Assembly (NCBI RefSeq): GCF_018977255.1
Contig: NW_024704743.1
Span: forward strand, 31,684,001-31,748,000
Source: Callorhinchus milii
Taxonomy: Eukaryota
Direction: 5' to 3'
Length of the DNA stretch: 64,000 nucleotides
Position numbers and translations under genes: made by a program. The notes beneath the pieces are model-generated. The model was not told where the DNA came from, did not search any database, and saw only the letters and a list, made by a program, of their open reading frames with translations. This document shows positions 61,008-64,000 of this stretch, one piece after another (within the stretch, counting starts at the first letter, position 1; each line of letters opens with the position of its first letter).

Positions 61008-62820
61008 CTTAACTTGCACTTATATAGCGCCCTCCATGCAAGGGGGCCGTGGGAGGTAAGCACAGTCGAAGAGGAAGGTTTTCAGGCGGGACTTGAAAAA
61101 GGGGAGAGAGGGGGCAAGGTGGAGGGATTGAGGGAAAGTGTTCCAGAGTTTGGGGGCTTAGTGGCTGAAAGTGCAACCTCCAATGGTGTGGTGGAGGGTG
61201 TGAGGGATGAGCCAGTCGAACAGAGGTGTTGGGTGGTGGGTTGCAGAGTGAGGAGGTTGGAGAGGTAGGGAGGTGCCAGAGAGTGAATTGATTTGAACAC
61301 GAGTGTGTTGATCCGTTTTGTGATGGGGAGCCACTGGAGCCTGGCCACAACTAGTGAGATGTGTGTACGGAGTTTGGTCTGGGTCAGTATGTGGGCGGCA
61401 GAGTTCTGAATGACCTGGATTTTTTGAATAGTGGAGCTGATGAGACCGGCGAGGAGTGCATTTGAGTAATCCAGGCGGGAGGTGACAAACACTTGCACGA
61501 GGGTTTTGGCTGCATTTGTAGTAAGGTACGGTCGGAGATGGGCAATGTCACGGAGGTGGAAGAAGGCGATCCTGGTCAGGGACCGGACGTGGGGGAGGAA
61601 GGACAGTTGGGTGTCGAACCGGATGCCTAGGTTGTGCATTGGTTCGGTGAGTCTGAGGGAGAGCCTAGGGAGGTCGAGGAGTTCAGATCCACAGGAGTGA
61701 AGACATTGATGGGAGCTAAGGAATATGGCTTCCTCTTGTCCACACTCAGCTGCAGGAAGTTTACAGTCATCCAGGCCCTGATGTCTGCCAGACAACCTGG
61801 TGGAACATCGACGGACCTGGAGTTGTTACTGGAGGAAACAAAGTAGATTTGTGTGTCATCCGCATACATGTGAATGTTTACCCTGTGTCTGCGGATGACA
61901 TCGCCCAGAGGGAGCATGTAGATAAGGAAAAGAAGAGGGCCAAGGATGGAGCTCTGGGGTACCCCACAGGTAATCGGGTGGAGGTGGGAGGAGAAACCAT
62001 TTGCTGAGATGAAATGGAAGTGCTGGTTAATTAGGACTCGAACTATGCAAGTGCCTTCTCACTAAGGTGGATGAGGGAGGAGAGGCGGTGGAGAAGGATG
62101 GCATGGTCAACTGTGTCGAACGTGGCAGAGAGATCTAAGAGGATGAGGAGGCAGAGGGAGCCCTGGTCACAGATAGTGAGGACGTTGTTTGTGACTTTGA
62201 CAAGCGCTGTCTCTGTGCTGTGGGCAGGGTGAAAGCCAGACTGAAGGGGCTAAAGGAGGGAGTGGAGGGAGAGGTGTGACCAAAGTTGACCTGCAAATAT
62301 GCATTCAGGAATTTGGCAATGAAGGATAGGTTGGAGATGGGATGGTAGTGTGAGAGATTATGGGGATTGAAGGTTGGTTTTTTGAGAAGGGGTGTGATAA
62401 CAGCGGTTTTCAGGGGGAGTGGCACAGAGCCTGAGGAGAGAGTCTGGTTGACCTTGTTGGCCAGCAAGGGGGAAGAGGAGGGGGAGTTGAGTGACCATAG
62501 CTGGGTGGGGAGGGGATCGAGGTAGCCGGTGGTGAACTTCATCCGGGTGATTGTTGTTGAGTGGGAGGAGGGAGAAATGGGGGCAAAGGAGTGTAAGGAG
62601 GGGGTAGGGGCAGGAGCTGTGGCGCAGGGGGAAGGCAGTGTGGATGGTCTGCATGGAGTGGAAGGGGACATGGCGGGGAGGACGATGCAGCCAAGCAGAT
62701 GTTTTCAATCTTTGAGGTGACGAAGTCTAGGAGCTCTTCGCACTTGGCGTTTTATGTGAGGATAGAGGGGGATTGAGGGCGTGTACGGAGAAGGTGATGG
62801 ACGGTGGAAAACAGCGTCTT
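61008..62820 (-). mobile_element. L2 LINE, about 1.8 kb, frameshifted reverse transcriptase ORF2 (longest copy in the window)
   Basis: [102 protein letters not shown]. Confidence 0.95.
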
Positions 62821-63599
62821 TCGGTTGTTGTTTGCTTCCAGGATGACTTTAAAAAGAGGGAGGGAACGTTTATACATTTGGCATCTGTACAAACTTTCAA
62901 TGTCCATGCCTAAACCAGAGGAAGCACAAAGAATGGTTTCAGATCTTTCTAATATGAACGTTCAGTCAGTAAAATTCTAAGCAGGAATCAGCACTTGAAT
63001 GTCATGAAAAGCATCTTTCTCTTTCAATACAAGCGCCTCTGTGTAGCTGCAGTCACATGCTCGATTGGCTTTGCTTGAGAGCTGAAGTTTACACTGCTGA
63101 ATCCATCCTTCTAAAACGATTCTGACATGCGGAACATATGTAGCGTAGCTGGCAGCATCTGTACAGGGGTCTGACAGTTGATGGCAGCTCCTTCATTTAT
63201 TGAAGCACTTCCATGACGCTCTGTCTTTTGTTGTCAATCATCAATTCATTGCAGCGATGTTTCGAAATATAGTAGAAATGAAAGTGACAGGGGGAGTAGG
63301 CACTGACTAATAAGAAATAGTCCCATTGCAAGATGCAGGCAAATGGATTAAAAACACACGTTACCTTTATTTCTGCAACAAACAAGTCTATTTCTGTGAA
63401 CTGGTGCACTGAAGCCAGAATCCACACTTTGTACGGTTTCCACAGCAATAACTCTCAGCATGCTATCGGTGATAAAAAAACATATTTTTCAAACTCTTTC
63501 TTTCAACAAGAAATCACAATGTTGCTATCCTACCCTGGAGATTAATTGTTGTTGTCTTATTTGTTTTTGCAGCATTTGTGGCAATAGATAAATTGCTAA

Positions 63600-63920
63600 G
63601 TACATAAAAAAGGAGGTTGTGGGTTCAAGCCACAAGTCATGTCATGTCGGGTCTTTGAGCACATGGTCTTAACAGGCACTCTAAAATGTGCAGGGCATGT
63701 GCTGCATTGAGCATCCTTTGGATGAGATATTAAACTGAGGTACAGGCTGCCTGTTCAGGTGGGCATTAAGATCTCATGGCATGATTTGAAAAGAGAAGGG
63801 AGTTTCTCCCAGATTCTTGGCCAACAATCTCCCAGATCGAAAATTGATCACTCATTTCTTGGCTGTTTGTGCGACATTGCTGTGTGCAAATTAACTGTCA
63901 CATTCACCTATAAATACATA
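63600..63920 (+). mobile_element. Deu-type SINE (family A)
   Basis: GGTTGTGGGTTCAAGCC B-box; CTTTGGATGAGATATTAAACTGAGG..CTGTTCAGGTGG. Confidence 0.82.
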
Positions 63921-64000
63921 CAACAACAACAACAACAAGATTCCATTTATAGAGCGCCTTTCACGTCAGGAGGACGTCCCAAGGCGCTGCACAGTTGGGT
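63921..64000 (-). mobile_element. Young L2 3' tail (runs off the window)
   Basis: (CAA)n followed by GATTCCATTTATAGAGCGCCTTTCACGTC. Confidence 0.9.

Noticed and set aside
61082..62671. Long ORFs (237, 96, 178 aa) with reverse-transcriptase motifs as a functional RT, retron or host gene
   Set aside because: They are frameshifted pieces of one 5'-truncated L2 ORF2; the endonuclease domain is missing and the element ends in an L2 tail.

Overview
This is AT-rich eukaryotic DNA, not prokaryotic. The repeat families (L2 and CR1 LINEs, tRNA-derived Deu-type SINEs with L2 tails, Penelope-like termini) point to a cartilaginous fish, most plausibly a chimaera such as elephant shark; this assignment is an inference. 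I found no intact host gene, convincing exon, RNA gene or CRISPR array, so the window reads as a large intron or gene desert. Every recognisable peptide in the ORF track is a broken retroelement ORF (L2 reverse transcriptase, Gypsy integrase tail); CR1 and Penelope remnants are readable only in the DNA. The remaining ORFs look spurious. Repeat-free, TAAT-rich blocks between the elements may be conserved enhancers. I cannot support a wholly new biological system. The best leads are: (1) a young L2 subfamily whose copies share the same ORF2 C-terminal frameshift; (2) Penelope-type termini carrying minimal hammerhead ribozyme motifs; (3) two families of fully palindromic MITE-like elements, one nested in the other; (4) an unassigned old repeat family of about 500 bp; (5) a modular SINE found with and without its central domain; (6) several template-switch scars (local duplications and perfect palindromes). 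Family names come from recall and internal comparison, not database searches. Most boundaries are approximate (10-30 bp), and small repeat fragments are not listed exhaustively.
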